A stretch of 64,000 nucleotides of DNA from Antedon mediterranea (GCF_964355755.1 NC_092670.1:13688795-13752794), one strand, 5' to 3'; positions 36,414 to 51,446 are shown, counted from the stretch's first letter. Program-made: numbers and translations. The notes: generated from the letters alone by a model not told the origin.

Positions 36414-39400
36414 TGCCTACGTCTTGAGGTTCAATGGATAGAGCTTGCGGCCGTATTCACCATTCACGCTTAAGCTAAGGGAAACACACTAAGTGCATAA
36501 AGTTTAAAGGAAATTCCGAAATATTTATTTTGTTAAGCGAATTACTATAGTTAAGGAAAATATCTCACTTAAGTGTGATTAGTGAATACTTCGATTGGTT
36601 CCCACAGCGCACGGACGTAAGCGCAACGCGAGTAATTTGACCAATCACGACGCGATGATGGATTGGTTAACTCACTTGCGTTGGACCCACGTCATTGGAA
36701 ACCGTACAATGGGTTAAGCTTGATTTTCACTATATGATGCAACACAAAATTATCCTAACTACAAACACAACCATAACAAATAATCTAAGTCTATGCTACC
36801 ATCATTGTGTCTTCATCATATTATTCTTTTGAAGACAACATCACTATTATGTTGGTAGTGATGCCCACTTGACAATAACATACGAGTTCTGCATTTTTTG
36901 TTTACTTAAATTGCGCCCTAATGAGAATATGTGCCAAACCAAATCTTTCAAGAGCAAGATTCTGACACGCTTCAGGCCACGAAACATCAATGAGATACTT
37001 TTTTGAAGCTGGAATTTGACTTTGAAACAGCTTCTTTTGATTAAAAAAAGAAAGCGTCATATGGCACTTAAGGCTTTGAAAATGTCCTGAGATGTTCTTT
37101 ACTCGAGCACGGATGTGAAGTTATTAAAAACCGTCCTGAGATGTATTCATATCGCAATTATAAAAAAATATTTGCTGAAATAGTTTGTGGAAGTTTCTTA
37201 ATAGAGCAAGAGCAAAAACAGGTTCAAAGAGGCAGCTTATGAAACCTCTTCTAATACTCAATTTGTATGCAGAAATATAACGTTGTGCATAATGCCCTCG
37301 GACTAAGATATTGATCTTTACATCTTAGTAATGATATGATGAATACACCTAACAAGTTAAAGTTGTTTAACATAACATATACTGAATTATTTAGCAAAAA
37401 CGCGTCGAATGAAATAATCTCTTCTTCTTAAATTGCAACATATTGAACAGTTTTCGAGAGGTTTCGGGCAAAAACGGGATGTTACAACCCCTGAAAGAGA
37501 GATTTTGACGAGGCAGACAAGAATTTTCTTCAGCCGGTAGGAATTGCATGTGTGATACATGGTTTATACACAAAAAAAGTTGTGTTTTAGTTGTTGATTA
37601 AGTATAATGTTGTCTCATTAAAAGAATATTATACTTTTTTTTTTACAGTTATATGTTAACAGGTTCTGCACTTACCGCAGCAGTGAGCTGTAGTTTGTAA
37701 ATGTTTGCAAATATACTATCGTAAATCTTCACAAGTTCACGAGCCACAAAAAATAACCATTCCCCGACGCTACTTTATGAGAATTCACCACGTTTACACT
37801 CTAATAATGTAAATTATAAATACATCTAATTGTAAATTACACATGTACATGTTACGTCTAATTGAATGTAATGAAAGCGAACATATTATTATATTGTTAA
37901 GAGTTGTTGTTTCGTTCTATGTTGAGTGTACCAACTGGAGAATATGGAATAGAATTGTTGTAACATTATAATATTGTAATGATTTATGATTGTATAGTTT
38001 ATACAATGCTACATGACAATCTCCTTATATAATTCATTTACTGAGAAATTTGCACTTTCACTTGGAAGTGTTCGAAATAATTACAATAAATGGCACATTC
38101 GTAATATATCGCCTCATATACGGTCGTTTAAACTGAGACAGTAAGCTCTTAATTGTTTAAATTCTACTAATTGCTGTGGCTTTCGCCCTTTCCGTTTGAT
38201 TACACGATCATGCTGTAAATTGATTACAGTAAATTATATCCCAGTTTAACGTTTCTGTAAGACAAATTGGTCTTGTCAATCTATGTATTGTAATATGGCT
38301 GGTTTGATTTCACTAAGACTCATGTCCCAAAAACGGTACAGTACCTGTTTTACATCGAAAAGCAAGGTTTCCAAACACCTTAGTGTACTCATGATTTGTA
38401 TACATTGTTGCCCGTTTTGGTTGTTGTTTTTTTTTCTATTTTTTTTATCTTGTTGAGAACCAATTTGTGTTTGTTTTTTTCTTGTTGCCACAGCTGGTGG
38501 CGCTTTGTGTTTTTGGAAATGAAATAAAGAAAAAAATACTTTGGTGCACACTATACACAATTCCGAATTTTTCGTAGGCGATATGATGCAAGGGTACATG
38601 GTCACATTTTAAAATTGGTGTTGGACTGGAATGGAATTGTTGGAACATTTATAAAAATGACCAACGGCTCAGAGTTCCATTCAAAGGACGAGCCAATACA
38701 GGTAATGTAGCTTTCCTAAACCGATGTAGAAAATACAAGATACACAGGCAAAAAAGATGAGATTGCATTGACTCAGATGATATTGAATCCATCCACCATG
38801 AAAATTAATATGAAGTGTCAACTTCAGACGCTAATATTAGATTTAATCTATATGAAAATGTTCTACGTATATTTATAAAGATTTAGTTGTATAGTATTTC
38901 ATGATTGATTGAGTATTTGACCAAAATACAACAAATGGATAAAGTTGTAATTCAATTAAGATAACTATTGATAAAAACAAAATATATACATGTCAGAAAT
39001 ATCGAGAAATTGTTTTACAAAAGAACGAACGATCGGTTTGTTGAGGACGCACAGCGTGACAACGAAGCCCTCTTGTCGGAAAGTCATTATTTTTTTCTTA
39101 ATGAGGCAGTTTCGTTGCTTAATTTAGGATCGAAAAGCACCAACTAAGCCTGACGTCACGCTGATGAGATAAATATTCCAAAAAAAAATTGTGTATACAT
39201 TAATGTGCTGTAATAAATATGGGAATGAAAATGTATACATTACATTTGATCTCTTTTGCTGCCTACGGGATAATACAAATAGACATTAATACCACCCTTA
39301 ATAAGTCAGTGCATTATCACTATCATTGTGTATTAATGTATTCAAAAGAAAACATTAAATGAGAAAAAGGGCTAGACATTTAGTTTCAATGGCGACCTAT

Positions 39401-40039
39401 ATAAGCCTCTTAAAATATCAATGGCGGATGAATACACATTACGTAAATCTAAAGATTTAAATTGTGTAAAATTCCATTAAATAACATAATTATTATCAGA
39501 ATGTAACATGATTTAAATTATATTCTGAACTGAAAAAAGTAAGCATATTGTTAAGAGATTAAGCTTAAACTAGTCAGGGAAAACAACAACAAAATAAATA
39601 AAAACAACAGTGAAGTACGTACTGTACATTCAATAATTAATGTTGATGAAACTGACGCATCTTTCATACGCGGGTGTTCAAAAACTGATACGGGTTTTGA
39701 GCATGCGCGTTTTAAACGTTGACCTACGTTGATTAAACTAACATGGCCTTCGTAGCCGCGTGATTAAGTGTTGATAAAACTCGATACGGAGTTTGTTTAT
39801 GCGCGTTCAGACGTTGATAAACGACTTTCAGACAGGGCGTATTATATTAGTATGTTTGTGCGCCAACTTTGTATCGATATTCGTGTTTCATGATTTTTTT
39901 TATTTCGTTAAATGAAAGCATTTTGCACATTCTTTTTTAGTAACCTTTCAAGAAAACGAGACATGCGCCTGCGACGATGTAGCTATTGTGCATGTTCACT
40001 TATATATGCGCGTGCGCAAAACTATTTTGACAGCAAATT

Positions 40040-40770
40040 AAAGGAAGAAGTATGGAAGAAATAAATATGGAGGGCAGAAGCATGGAAGGCATAAGTATAA
40101 AAGACGGAAACATTAAAAATAAGTACAGGAGACAGAAATATGGAGTATAGACGTATAAAGATAGAAGTATTGGAAGACAGAATTGTATAGAAGTATGGAA
40201 CGCAGAAGATGTCATAGAAGTAGACATAGAGGTATAGAAGGCTGAATTATGGATGACAGAAGTATGAAGAACAGAAGTAGATATAGTAGTGTATGGAGAT
40301 AGAAGTATGGACGACAGAAAATGGCGAACAGAAGTAGATATAGAAGTATGGAAGGCAAAAGTATAGATGACACAAGTATGAAGAACAGAAATAGATATAA
40401 AAGTATGCGAAGTATGGAAGGAAGAAGTATGGATGAAAGACGTATGGGGAACAGAAGTATAGAGATAAAAGTTTGGATGACGTCAGACACATGGAGAACA
40501 GATGCATAGAGATAGATGGATGACATTGAGAACAGAAGTATATAGAAGTATGGATGACATGGAGAACAGAAGTATTATACCGTAGAAGTGTTGATTACAG
40601 ACGTATGGAGAACAGGAGTATAACGATAGAAGTACTGAAGACAGGGGTGGTATGTATAATGTTAAGGAAGGCATATCAACAGTATGAAGGTCATTAAGTA
40701 TGAGATCAGAAGTAAAGAAAAACAAATGTACGGGCGGGAACAAAAGTATGGATTACACATGTATGGAAAA
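40040..40770. repeat. Degenerate purine-rich minisatellite (AGAAGTATGGA-based)
   Basis: Recurrent cagaagtatgga/cagaagtaga motifs; explains the Leu/Tyr-rich ORFs here. Confidence 0.8.
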
Positions 40771-41849
40771 CACAATTATTGCAGCCATATCATTTCAATC
40801 GATTTACATATTGACTAAACAGTTTTTTAACGAATATAGTTAAAACTATATTCGTTTCTAGTAAAATGATAGAGATTATCGAAATAGAATAATCATTTCA
40901 ACCACATATGATGTTTTACGTATTTGAATAATTACAAATAAAACATTTTGATCAAGTTTTAGTGTGTAAATCAATGGGTTAACAACTTGTGGCAGTGTTA
41001 CATTGATAATTTGATTTTCTTTGATCTTTCGGTTGTTTTTATCAATGTTATTACCTAGGGATATATTAGTAAAGCATTCAATAACATAACAACGTGTATT
41101 TAATCACGTTTCAAGCTAAGTTATGGAAAAATAAGCGCTATCGAAACTCATACGTTAATTTAATTTTATATTTAAGGCAAATATAATTTTGTAGTAGTAA
41201 TGTTTTTTGTATTTTGTGCGCGCGTCAACCTCCTGTTCAACAATATATGATGCTTAGATGAAAACAATATTAATGTGTCGGTTACATAAGTAATAAGTTT
41301 AAAAAAAGAAGTAATAGATATGAAGGTTTAAGATAAAAGTGAAATAAGGTTTTTTGGCAAATTAAAGAATATAACCGTTGTTGAAATTTCCTTAAAAAGT
41401 TAAAAACTCAGAAAGATAATTACGGTTATTGAAGATATTTGTCATGAAATTAAGACGTTCTGTTAGCATAACATGCAAGATACGATCGATGCGTGAAAGG
41501 TGAATATCGATGAATTGTGTTATTCTTTTTACTAAGGTCTGATTCCTTGAGTGATCTTTGAAATTAAAAGAAAACAATTAACCTCACTGATGATATTACA
41601 TTTTACAAACACGTCACTTTAAGAACGCAATTATTCAATCACTTCTAACTTTCTAGTAGACCAAAATGTACACAACATCAGTTGTTGTTCCAATGCACAT
41701 TAACTATAAAATGAAAACATTGTATACCGTAAAGTAAAGCATGGATATATCGTACAATTTTAGTAAATGTTACTAATTAAGTAGACCTACAGTAGTACAG
41801 CTACTTTAAACAATTTTTTTTTTATTATGACGACATAATCCCAATAATT

Positions 41850-42060
41850 ACTTTGCTTCTTCCTTGTCTTCTACTTATTTTTTCTTCATGTTTGTATTCC
41901 TTTTCTTTGCGTTTTCTTCTCTTTCTGTTCTGTTTTTGTTTTCTTTCTTCTTCTATCTGCCTCCTTGTTTCTTCTTTTTCTTACCTTCTTTTTCTTACTT
42001 TTTTCCTACTTCTGTTCTTCTTTGAATTTTTTTAAATCTTTTTTTTCTGTTTCTTATTAT
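41850..42060. repeat. Pyrimidine-rich low-complexity tract
   Basis: Almost only T/C with occasional G/A. Confidence 0.8.
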
Positions 42061-42598
42061 TTTTAAACAAGCACAATAATCTAACATCTGACGAATTGTT
42101 ATGTGTTTAAATGAATTAAATGATATTTTTCTTTTTAATTCTGCTCGGCTGTTGTTTTTTTTTTAAATTAACTGAATGAAAATGTGTGTAAGTAAAAGTT
42201 GATTTCTAAATACTAATGCATCGTTTATGTCTAGTTTGAAATGTAATTTACTTTTGTGGTTTTACTACGTAATTAGTTTATCTGCTCTTAAAAATACACT
42301 CAAGACAAACGGGGAAGAATGCATTCAATTACTGATGCTATGCTTTTTAATAAATTAATACATAATTGCCATACTCGCGGCTCGTTCAAGAACATGGGGA
42401 ATACATTCTTAAAACAAGGCAAAAATTAACTCAAAACTTCTTAAATCGTATTTACTCGAATGAACAACGGGCGTTTTTAGGGGAAATTTATGAATGCGCG
42501 GGAGGCGTTTCATTACACATAATTATTACTGAAGAATCAGAAATTGAACAAATGTAGCTTTATTTATTGCACTGCGGGTGATATGTTTGTTGAAAACA

Positions 42599-42841
42599 GT
42601 CGAGCTCATGCCTCATGGGCGTCGCTTTCGATGCCCGGCATGTAGAACAAACCGGAAAAGGAATTCGTTTTTGCCAGTGGCTATTCGACTCTTAAATTCT
42701 TGAACCTTGACTTGACCTTTTTTCTATTTTGTTCTGTGTATTGTGATATTTTGTATATTTTGTAAGATCATTTTAATCCAGACCTTTTTATTTGAATTGC
42801 CCCGTGTGGGATGATTACAGAATTTTGAATTGAATTGAATA
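42599..42841 (+). mobile_element. 3' end of Rex1/Babar-like LINE
   Basis: VELMPHGRRFRCPACRTNRKRNSFLPVAIRLLNS* (42599-42703), ttgccccgtgtgggat, (TGAAT)n tail. Confidence 0.85.
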
Positions 42842-44636
42842 GACTGCGCATGGCTAGTAGATTTATGTCAAATGCTCTATCAATAGACTAAATTGATTTA
42901 TATTTTATTTTAATTTCTCCTCAATTAGTTATTATAGGCCTACTTTGATACATTTAATTTACAAAAAAATAATCAGACTGTACAGGTAATTAGTTATAGC
43001 TAATTATCATTTTGCACCGGTGCATCTAAGCGTAACGTGAGAAAACAGCATTCACACACCATAGGCTAACACACACACTTGATTATGTATTTCTTCGTCG
43101 ACTGTATCGTTTAAGTTATGTTTTGTTAACATTTTTAATGGCATGATAATAACTACAGTGGTATATGATTATGACAGATAATGATAATAATTTTGTTGCG
43201 CAGCTGTTACATCTACCGGCATGCGATTGCTACTTTGATGTAATAGTTGCTAACATTAACAGTGGCGTTGCTATATTGGCTAGTCTAAGTGTTATTGAGG
43301 TAATTATCTGAAGAAACCGACAGAAAATGAACTCATCACAAGTCGCGGTACTCAGAATACAGTTCCAACGTCCACTTTGCCTTGTTATACAATTCAAATC
43401 AACCATCATCATGGGTACCCCAGATGTGTATATATGAAATATATAAACAAAGTGCATCCACGATATATCGTTACAAGTACGTCATATTTTATGTGAATTC
43501 TTCATCGTGAAATGTGTTCTATTTCTATACATCATTGTTCCTTCTTGCATGTGATAGTTCACTATAAATGTAATAATTAACACAGATAACCATGATTGAA
43601 TGTATGTCTATTTGTATGCTCTGATGCACAACAAATTGCCGTATCCGGAATGATGTTGGCTGTTGGAAGAAATGATTTATGGAAAAGAAAGTGTGGTTTC
43701 CACATAAGCGCGTAGCGATAAAGGCCGCCGGTGCACATTGATAATGTACACGCGGCAAGCTTCACATCACGAGTCGCGCGAAGCTTGAAACAGTTGCCCA
43801 ATGAGCAACTCAATCGAATTCACACGCGCTAAGCCTTCGTGAGCTGCGAATTCAGCGCATTGAAGTTAAACATATATTGAGACACCAACACGTCTTATCC
43901 GACGTTATGTCCCCACTGAAATGATCCGTCGCGGAAAAAATAGGTTCAGTTTGACGTTTGAGGCGTGGCGCTTCACGTGTAAATTGTTCACTGGCTTTTT
44001 TCTAAGATAGATAAACATATCATCTGAAACAACATTTTAGGTAGGACTATACGTTGACATACCGGAAACACTGTTTTCCCTAGGATTAAGGAAAGATCAA
44101 CCACCATAGCGATGCTTCATCGGTTGATCTTTGTATAATACTCTTATTTACCAAAATGACTTGTGTATACCACCTACTTATTCGAATATTGGTTGCTCAA
44201 GCTGGACATAATATCGACGTAGACCAACCAAACCATAACAACACCGCGGTGCACCGGTTTATGAATGTAGAGAGAAACAGCATCATGATTGAAGTACATT
44301 ATTGCGAATATTATTGAGATTCAACGTTGATGCCGTCAACAAATTAGTAAAACTTCGTGTAATCAGAAGAAATTTAACTTCATTTAATACATGTATCGGT
44401 ACTTACATCGCTTTCAGTTTTTGTAATTAACAAGATTTGTCGATAATTGGCAATTAATGTAGTACAACTTCATAAAAAAGCCAGCTAACTTAAATTCTTA
44501 CCGGTACGGTATTCGCGGCTTACCGTTTACCAATGCCTACTGTTATTTACAAATAGTCAATGAACTAACATAGAGAACTTGATGCCTGCGATTGCAAATT
44601 TATCAGAAGTTGGTGGGAGATAATGTTCGCACTTTA

Positions 44637-44835
44637 AACTTGGATTCCACTATAGAACGCTACGCAACGACGTATCGACGCAAAGTGCTGTATTGCGTAA
44701 TCACAAGTGGGAACCGACAACGCAATAGTGCTACAAACATCGCAGGTTTCATGCAGGCGGAGACAAAGACAATGAGTGGAAGGGCATTTTCTTACGTTGC
44801 GTAGATTACGTTACGTTGCTAGTGAGAACCAAGCT
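44637..44835. mobile_element. MITE family A (subtype with ggaagaaaatgccc core), inverted relative to 44963 copy
   Basis: cttggattccactat...ctagtgagaaccaagct|TTA. Confidence 0.75.
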
Positions 44836-44962
44836 TTAGCCTTTTATAACCAAAATAAAATATATGACATGTTTCTAATTATCACTTCATTGTTGATAAT
44901 AGACAATAATGTAAGCGCATCTTAAAATGGTAAAATCATCGCTGCGTGCATCTTTTCTGTAA

Positions 44963-45169
44963 AGCTTGGTTCCCACCTGCGACGCAATGTAACGCAACCT
45001 GCGCAACGGAAGAAAATGCCCATCCAATAATTGCGCTTTCCCCCGCCTGCGTGAAATCAAACTTGAGATTTTTGCAGCACTGTTGCGTCGTCGGCCCCCA
45101 CTTGTGATTACACAATACATCATTTTGCGTCAATATGTTACTGCGTTGCGTTCTAGTGGGAACCACGCT
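44963..45169. mobile_element. MITE family A
   Basis: TAA|agcttggttcccac...ctagtgggaaccacgct|TTA. Confidence 0.82.
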
Positions 45170-48100
45170 TTACATTAGGGCGATCCGATCCCTCTCATCC
45201 TCCGGTTCTTGGAAGTCTTGGATTGGTCTAATCCATGCAATATGTTTTTGCGTTTTGACACGAACAAAACATATAGTTATGTGTTTATTAGATTATTATT
45301 ATTATTAGACGTGTGTCTTCCTTCGTGGTACCATCCCTCAAGATGTCATAAAAACATGTTAATGTATATAAAGCATGTGGACTGTAATGTCTCTAAAACA
45401 AACAGTTTCTTTAGAAACATAAGCCTGTTTTCGTTAGTTATTTTTGTAATGGTGAGTTTGAGACACTTTGACCAATATAACACTTGCAACTAAATCAAAT
45501 ATAACATCGGATATACAAAGCAGGCCAATGTTTATTCAAAGCCACCGAGCACCACCGAGTGTTCGTCATCTATCGTAATCCACCGCAGTAATTGCAGTTT
45601 TGATCCTCATTTATACGTGTGTATAAGCTTCTACTTTAGTCAATCTACATTAATAAGGCTCCAGATTTTCTAGTCTCATCTTTAAATATTTGCTTTTGAA
45701 AATCTTAATTGCTAATTGTAACCAATGATTGTGAACATTTAATTTCTATATTGTGTACAATTGCTGTATATTCTGGTACGTTAATCTAATCTAAAACATT
45801 ATAGCCGTTTGCATATATTATAGCCGCTTATACAGTAAAACTAAACAGTACCCGATTTATAAAAAATAAAACGCACAACAAACATACATTATTATAACTT
45901 CAGATCGTAGAGAGGATCTGATGTAAGCAAGTAGTATTGCATTAACTTACACAGATATGTATACAATACAGTTTTGTTATATCAATACAATGAGTAAACA
46001 AGCTAGAATTTAATCACAAGAAAATAGGCCAACACATAATTATCCCGGTAGTATGCAATAACATTGGATACCGAGATTGTGTAAGGTTTGTTATAGGTTT
46101 ATTACGTAACCTTGTTATTAATTAATCACATGTAAAGAAGAGTTGCACAGCGTCATTATAACTAATTTCGATTTATTCATGCAATATTCACACTTTACAA
46201 TAGAAAAATAGATAAAATTAAAAGTAAGGCCAACTTTCACTCTTTATTTCATGTATTAGTTCGTCTTATCATTATCAGTTGTTGCATGTTCGTGTTTAAA
46301 ATGTATCATTATGGATTAGAACGCATTAAGAGCACGCTTCCTTTCAAATCCTAATTTTCAAATGTAGGCCGTTTCATTTCACAGATTTGCCATCGTGTAA
46401 GGCTGCAAACCATAAGACATACCAATATTTTAGTAACGAATGGAAATGATTATTTTTCTCGATCTGTCATGCCTTGCGTTTAATGGATGAATACGTATAA
46501 TGTTCATACTAATTCACACGTAGTACTGTAATTAAATACAAATACGTATACGGTACCTAAATAATCAAGGTTACACGTAATGCAGTTACATTGTGTCCAA
46601 TCAAAATGTAGAATACAATATGTAGACCTACGTTACATACATATAGCAGTACTGATTTTTAAATTTGAATTAAAAAACCAACTTCATCCTAGTTATTTAT
46701 ATTACGTTGTAATATTATTATACAAATAATTTAATAAATGGTACAAATAATTGAATTATGGGATTATGTCTACTATTTTATATATATTATGTTTAACTAA
46801 GATAAATACTTTGGCACATATGGCGAAAAGCCTCGAAATAACTTATAACGTTGAACCAAAGCCTATCATACAATTGTTCTCCGCGTCCAATTGTTAGGAC
46901 TTGATCTAGGCCTATAGACGGCGAACACTGCAGGTTGATCGAGCGTGATCCGCCGTGCCTGTTTTCCTCACTCACGGCTGGGTGCAAAAATAGAACGCGC
47001 AAAACTAATTTATTGCAGTGGTGCAATACTCGATTTATATAACGACACATCGGGTGTGCAACATCACGTTTATTTTTATACCATGTGACCCAATATCGTC
47101 TAATAAAATCACAAGAATTTACTTAGTCGGTATATTACGTCATAAGCAGCATGCATCTTCGCGCCTTGCTGCCCTCTATATATTAACATTCTGCTGAACT
47201 TCGCAATGTTTATGTGAATCACCAAGTGTCCATTCATTCATCTACCAGAACATTATGTTGTTTCTTAAGCGGTTTAATTTATTATGTCGTGTACATTATT
47301 TAGCTTATGCAAGTCAATAAATGATGCATTCATAAATCTCAAGTATTATTATTATAATAGTTCACGTCTGGGTGGTGAGCTATTGTTAGAATCCTCCATC
47401 CACAAGTCACATGTAATTGAGTAGGCCTAGCATTGGCTGTGTTATAGGGTTCGCAATAAATTAAACATGTGTATATATAGTGTTTGTACTTCCTTTATCT
47501 TATCACAGAGAATATAATGTTGACATATACATATGTTATATTCCCATAATGGTATTATACAAACACTATTAATATAACTGTTGTCAATATTACACTTAAT
47601 ATCGACTGATGGATTGTTGGATTTGTTACTCTATTGTATTTCAATTGTGTTGACAATGATAAATTGATAATATTATAGTTTAGATAAATGTACATTACTG
47701 CTTCATTGTATTCCGGGTTAAGGGAGATAAGAAAGACTGTTGCTAACACTTATTGTAAAATATAAACATTAATAAGCCTTATGAAACTTTTAAACAGCAG
47801 TGAAACAGGTGGTCCTTTAAAAACAAAAATAATGCTGCTACAGGAATTTTAAAGCTGCTTAGCTTTCACATCCATCCCTTGGGTGAATATTGCGAGCGTT
47901 GAGCGCGCTTTCGAGAGCACAAATTCAGTCGTTCATTCTCACTGTTGATTGGTCAATTGAAACAAAATCGTACGATTTTAGCAATAAACAAAATGGCTTC
48001 TTGATCCATAGAACCGAATTCGGAGTCCGAATCATGTACGAATTATTGGAATCAAATTTGGTGTGAACGATCCTATTCGGATTTACCACTGATCCCCTTT

Positions 48101-48171
48101 CAGTGATTCAGTGAGCTGCTGACCACCAATAACATGCGGAAGCTCGATGATCCACACGTGATTGGTAAAAC

Positions 48172-48207
48172 CAGGGAACAGTTAAATTACAATTTAACTC
48201 TTCCCTG
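48172..48207. mobile_element. 36-bp CAGGG...CCCTG palindrome with 7-bp flanking duplication
   Basis: gtaaaac|cagggaacagttaaattacaatttaactcttccctg|gtaaaac. Confidence 0.6.
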
Positions 48208-48211
48208 GTAA

Positions 48212-48647
48212 AACGTGGTTCCCACTAGCGACGTAACATAACGCAACCTGCGCAACGGAAGAAAATGCCCTTCCGATAATTATGTTTGCCCCCGCCTGCG
48301 TGAAATCAAACCTGCGATGTTTGCAGCATTATTGCGCCGTCGGTAGCACGTTGCGTCAATACGTCGTTGCGTTGCGTCCTAGTGAGGACTACGCTTAACG
48401 GTGCGCTTACGACTTCCAATGGGAACCAAAAGATACTCAGTGGTTCGATATTGCGCTGAGCAGCAGCAGTAACATATACCAAATGTTAAAGGTCAGTTCC
48501 CACTGGGACGCAAAGCAAGGGCGTAGATGCAACGCACGCGAGCTGTAACCAATGATTAACGACAGTTTGAATAACTCGCTTTGTGATTGGTCAAATCACA
48601 CCTACGTTGCTCTTACGTACGCGTTGCTTCCTAGTGAGAACCAAGCT
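48212..48647. mobile_element. Two adjacent MITE family A copies (about 48212-48396 and 48489-48647)
   Basis: cgtggttcccactag...ctagtgaggactacgct and gttcccactgg...ctagtgagaaccaagct. Confidence 0.75.
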
Positions 48648-50528
48648 TAATATGTTATTAATAATATTCTGTCAGATAATAATAATGTTCTTTTAATCTA
48701 TACATAATATTGTTCAAAAGTTTATAGATTGCCTTCGTCAAGATGAATGAGAAATGTATGAGTACATTCTGCTGTTTATGTTGTGAAAGAGGACATAACA
48801 CGTAGCTACAAATCAATTTTACTGGGGGACATCTAAGTACCTTAACATTATACAGGCACCACATGTGATACATGTGAAAGTGAGAGAAAGTGTGTTTAAA
48901 AAATAAAATAAAAATGTTTTAGTATATTAATTTTTTAGAAAGGTAGCCCTAATTTATTTACATAGCTATTTATATTTCAATGTTTAGGGACTGAACTTGA
49001 TTAGTTTTAACTATTTTTAGCCCTTCCCTTGATATAATTATTATTTGTATGTTAAAATGTTTATAATTGATATTTATGGGTAAATAAAGAATGAAAAAAG
49101 AAACTGTATTACGTAAGTTGCCTGAATGATACAGGCAAGTTACGTAATTATTGTACAGCAAATTAGGTGAATCAATCTCTTATTATTACATTCGTTTAGG
49201 ACGAATTAGCAAACAATTAGGACATCTAAATACACGTTTGGAACAACCTGTTTGGGATATTGATTTATTGGTCATGAGTGGCAGGCGTAATGTTTGATGC
49301 ATTTTACTATTAACCAGGGAAGAGTTAGGCCTACACCCTGATTAAAACAAACATGTCACTTAACGTTAAGCTCCGACTACTTTAGAAATATAATAACAAA
49401 ACAATATTGACCTTACTTGTTGAGCAAGGAGATTTTCAATGTATGGACTTTTCAGGTTATCTGTTGTCATGCTATGGCGCATCAAGTAGTCATTTCCTCC
49501 GAAATAATATATCAATTCTAATGTAATATGTATTGCTATTTTAAAGATTACATTTTAAAAAAATACAATTTTTCGAATAAATAATATAAACTTGGCGCAC
49601 CATAGATAACAGGTGGTAGCATTGATTGGTATTTAGAATTATATAATGCACGTCACGTGCGTTATAGAACATGTGACACAGTTATGAATAATGATTTTTC
49701 AGTAAAAACATCTTACTCCCGTAAGTTGGAGTACATAGATCGATGAGACAGTCGCCATCCTTTGGTAAATGTATGCATGCGGGTTAAAGGCGTTAAGTCA
49801 TAAATGCAAAACTAAACACAAAGTTCAGCTTTTATTATACTACATATATTCTATCATTTCAGATGTCTCAAAGGTGAATTATTATCCAAATGATAATTGA
49901 TACATTACGTCACAGGTTAGGGCCTGTGCCGCTACAGAAAGTAGAGCACGTAATGTACACTCTTATATACTATTTATCGATACATTTCATTTAGAACACA
50001 GATTAGATGGTAGCTTATGTGTTGATACGATCCATGCGTGTGATTGCTACCTATTTCAGAACATTATTTCCAAATTACGGACATTATCAACGAATACATA
50101 AGAGGTGTTAACCTGATTTGTATGACCAAAACATCATTAGATGAAGTTGTAAGTATGTCAAGACATGTGAAACATCACGGTTACGACATTTCAATATCAA
50201 TATTACGAAATTAAGCAATACTATCGTATTAAAAACAGATGATTATTTCCTAACAACTCACAATGACTCGATGATGCTGCTGCAGTGCTAGCTGGCTAAT
50301 GCAAAAACTATGACATGCTCACAAAGCCCGTGTGAAAGATCACTATTTACCCTGGTAATTTCCTGCCCATTAAAGGTCCATTAAAGGTAGCTATAACTTG
50401 TACACGGAACCAACTTGCCATTGCAATAACCACTGTTAGAAATCGTGTAACACAACGGATAAAGTATGTTTCACTGATCCATTATACATCGCGCGAACAA
50501 TAATGCGGTAGGCTTAGGACTCCTAGTT

Positions 50529-50739
50529 ATAATTCATTTACACCGACTCTGTGGCTGTCAGCAGACTCTATGTGGAAGACTGTTGCCAGTCAACCAGATA
50601 CCTATCCAACTAATAGGAACCTAATGACAGAGATATCGTGTATTAAAAGTACTTTTACAGTTAGAGGTATCTGGTAGACTGGCAACAGTCTTTCACATAG
50701 AGTCTGCTGGCAGCCACAGAGTCGGTGTAAATGAATTAT
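50529..50739. mobile_element. Foldback MITE with about 75-bp terminal inverted repeats
   Basis: ataattcatttacaccgactctgtggctg...agatacct vs aggtatct...cagccacagagtcggtgtaaatgaattat, few mismatches. Confidence 0.85.
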
Positions 50740-51446
50740 CACAGAATCGGGTGTCGTTTAAATAAAAGGGACTTTTCAGGTGGCCATTCATTAGAAAGAG
50801 TGTTCTTAAATTAGTATGTTGACCTTTAATCCTTTGCAGTTCAACCATCTTTTATATGATTAATGTATAGTATACTTCCACAAATGAGAAATGAATGTAA
50901 GTTATGGTGAATTAAAGATAGAAAATCCATACACTTTATCACTCGTTAACCTGTCTTATAATTGTTTAAACAGAACATAAATTATATTTCCATTATTCAG
51001 AACGAACCTGTTTTTGTTGAACATATGCCATTTTTATTCACACATTTCATATTCGTTCGATGGGCGTATAAACTCTGGACTACGTTACGGTACGTTTTTC
51101 GATCACACGTCACGTACTTTTTGTACGTTCTATATTCTCTATGTACGTCACTACATTTGTCACGATGTTTAGTATCCGGCAATTGGACCTGAATCCGAAA
51201 CGGAATAAATGCGTACATAAACAAATATGATTACATATTAATACCTTGGTTCTTTGGCGCAAAAAGTACTAGCCAGGCTAGTAGGTTCGAATCCTCCCCC
51301 CCCCCCCACAACCCTAATCCACACTCATCTCAAGAATTGTTTAGAATTTCATCGGGCCAATTATGCATAATTATTTTGATTGTAGATTATAGTAATACCC
51401 AGGATAACACCACCGTGCTTACTATGTATATGCTATTCTTCCGGCG

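Noticed and set aside
40000-40743. Five overlapping hydrophobic ORFs
   Set aside because: Products of a degenerate minisatellite.
43230-43813. Cluster of minus-strand ORFs
   Set aside because: No recognisable motif and no consistent splice-phase model.
51245-51310. tRNA-like B box ggttcgaatcc
   Set aside because: No cloverleaf; at most a decayed SINE head.
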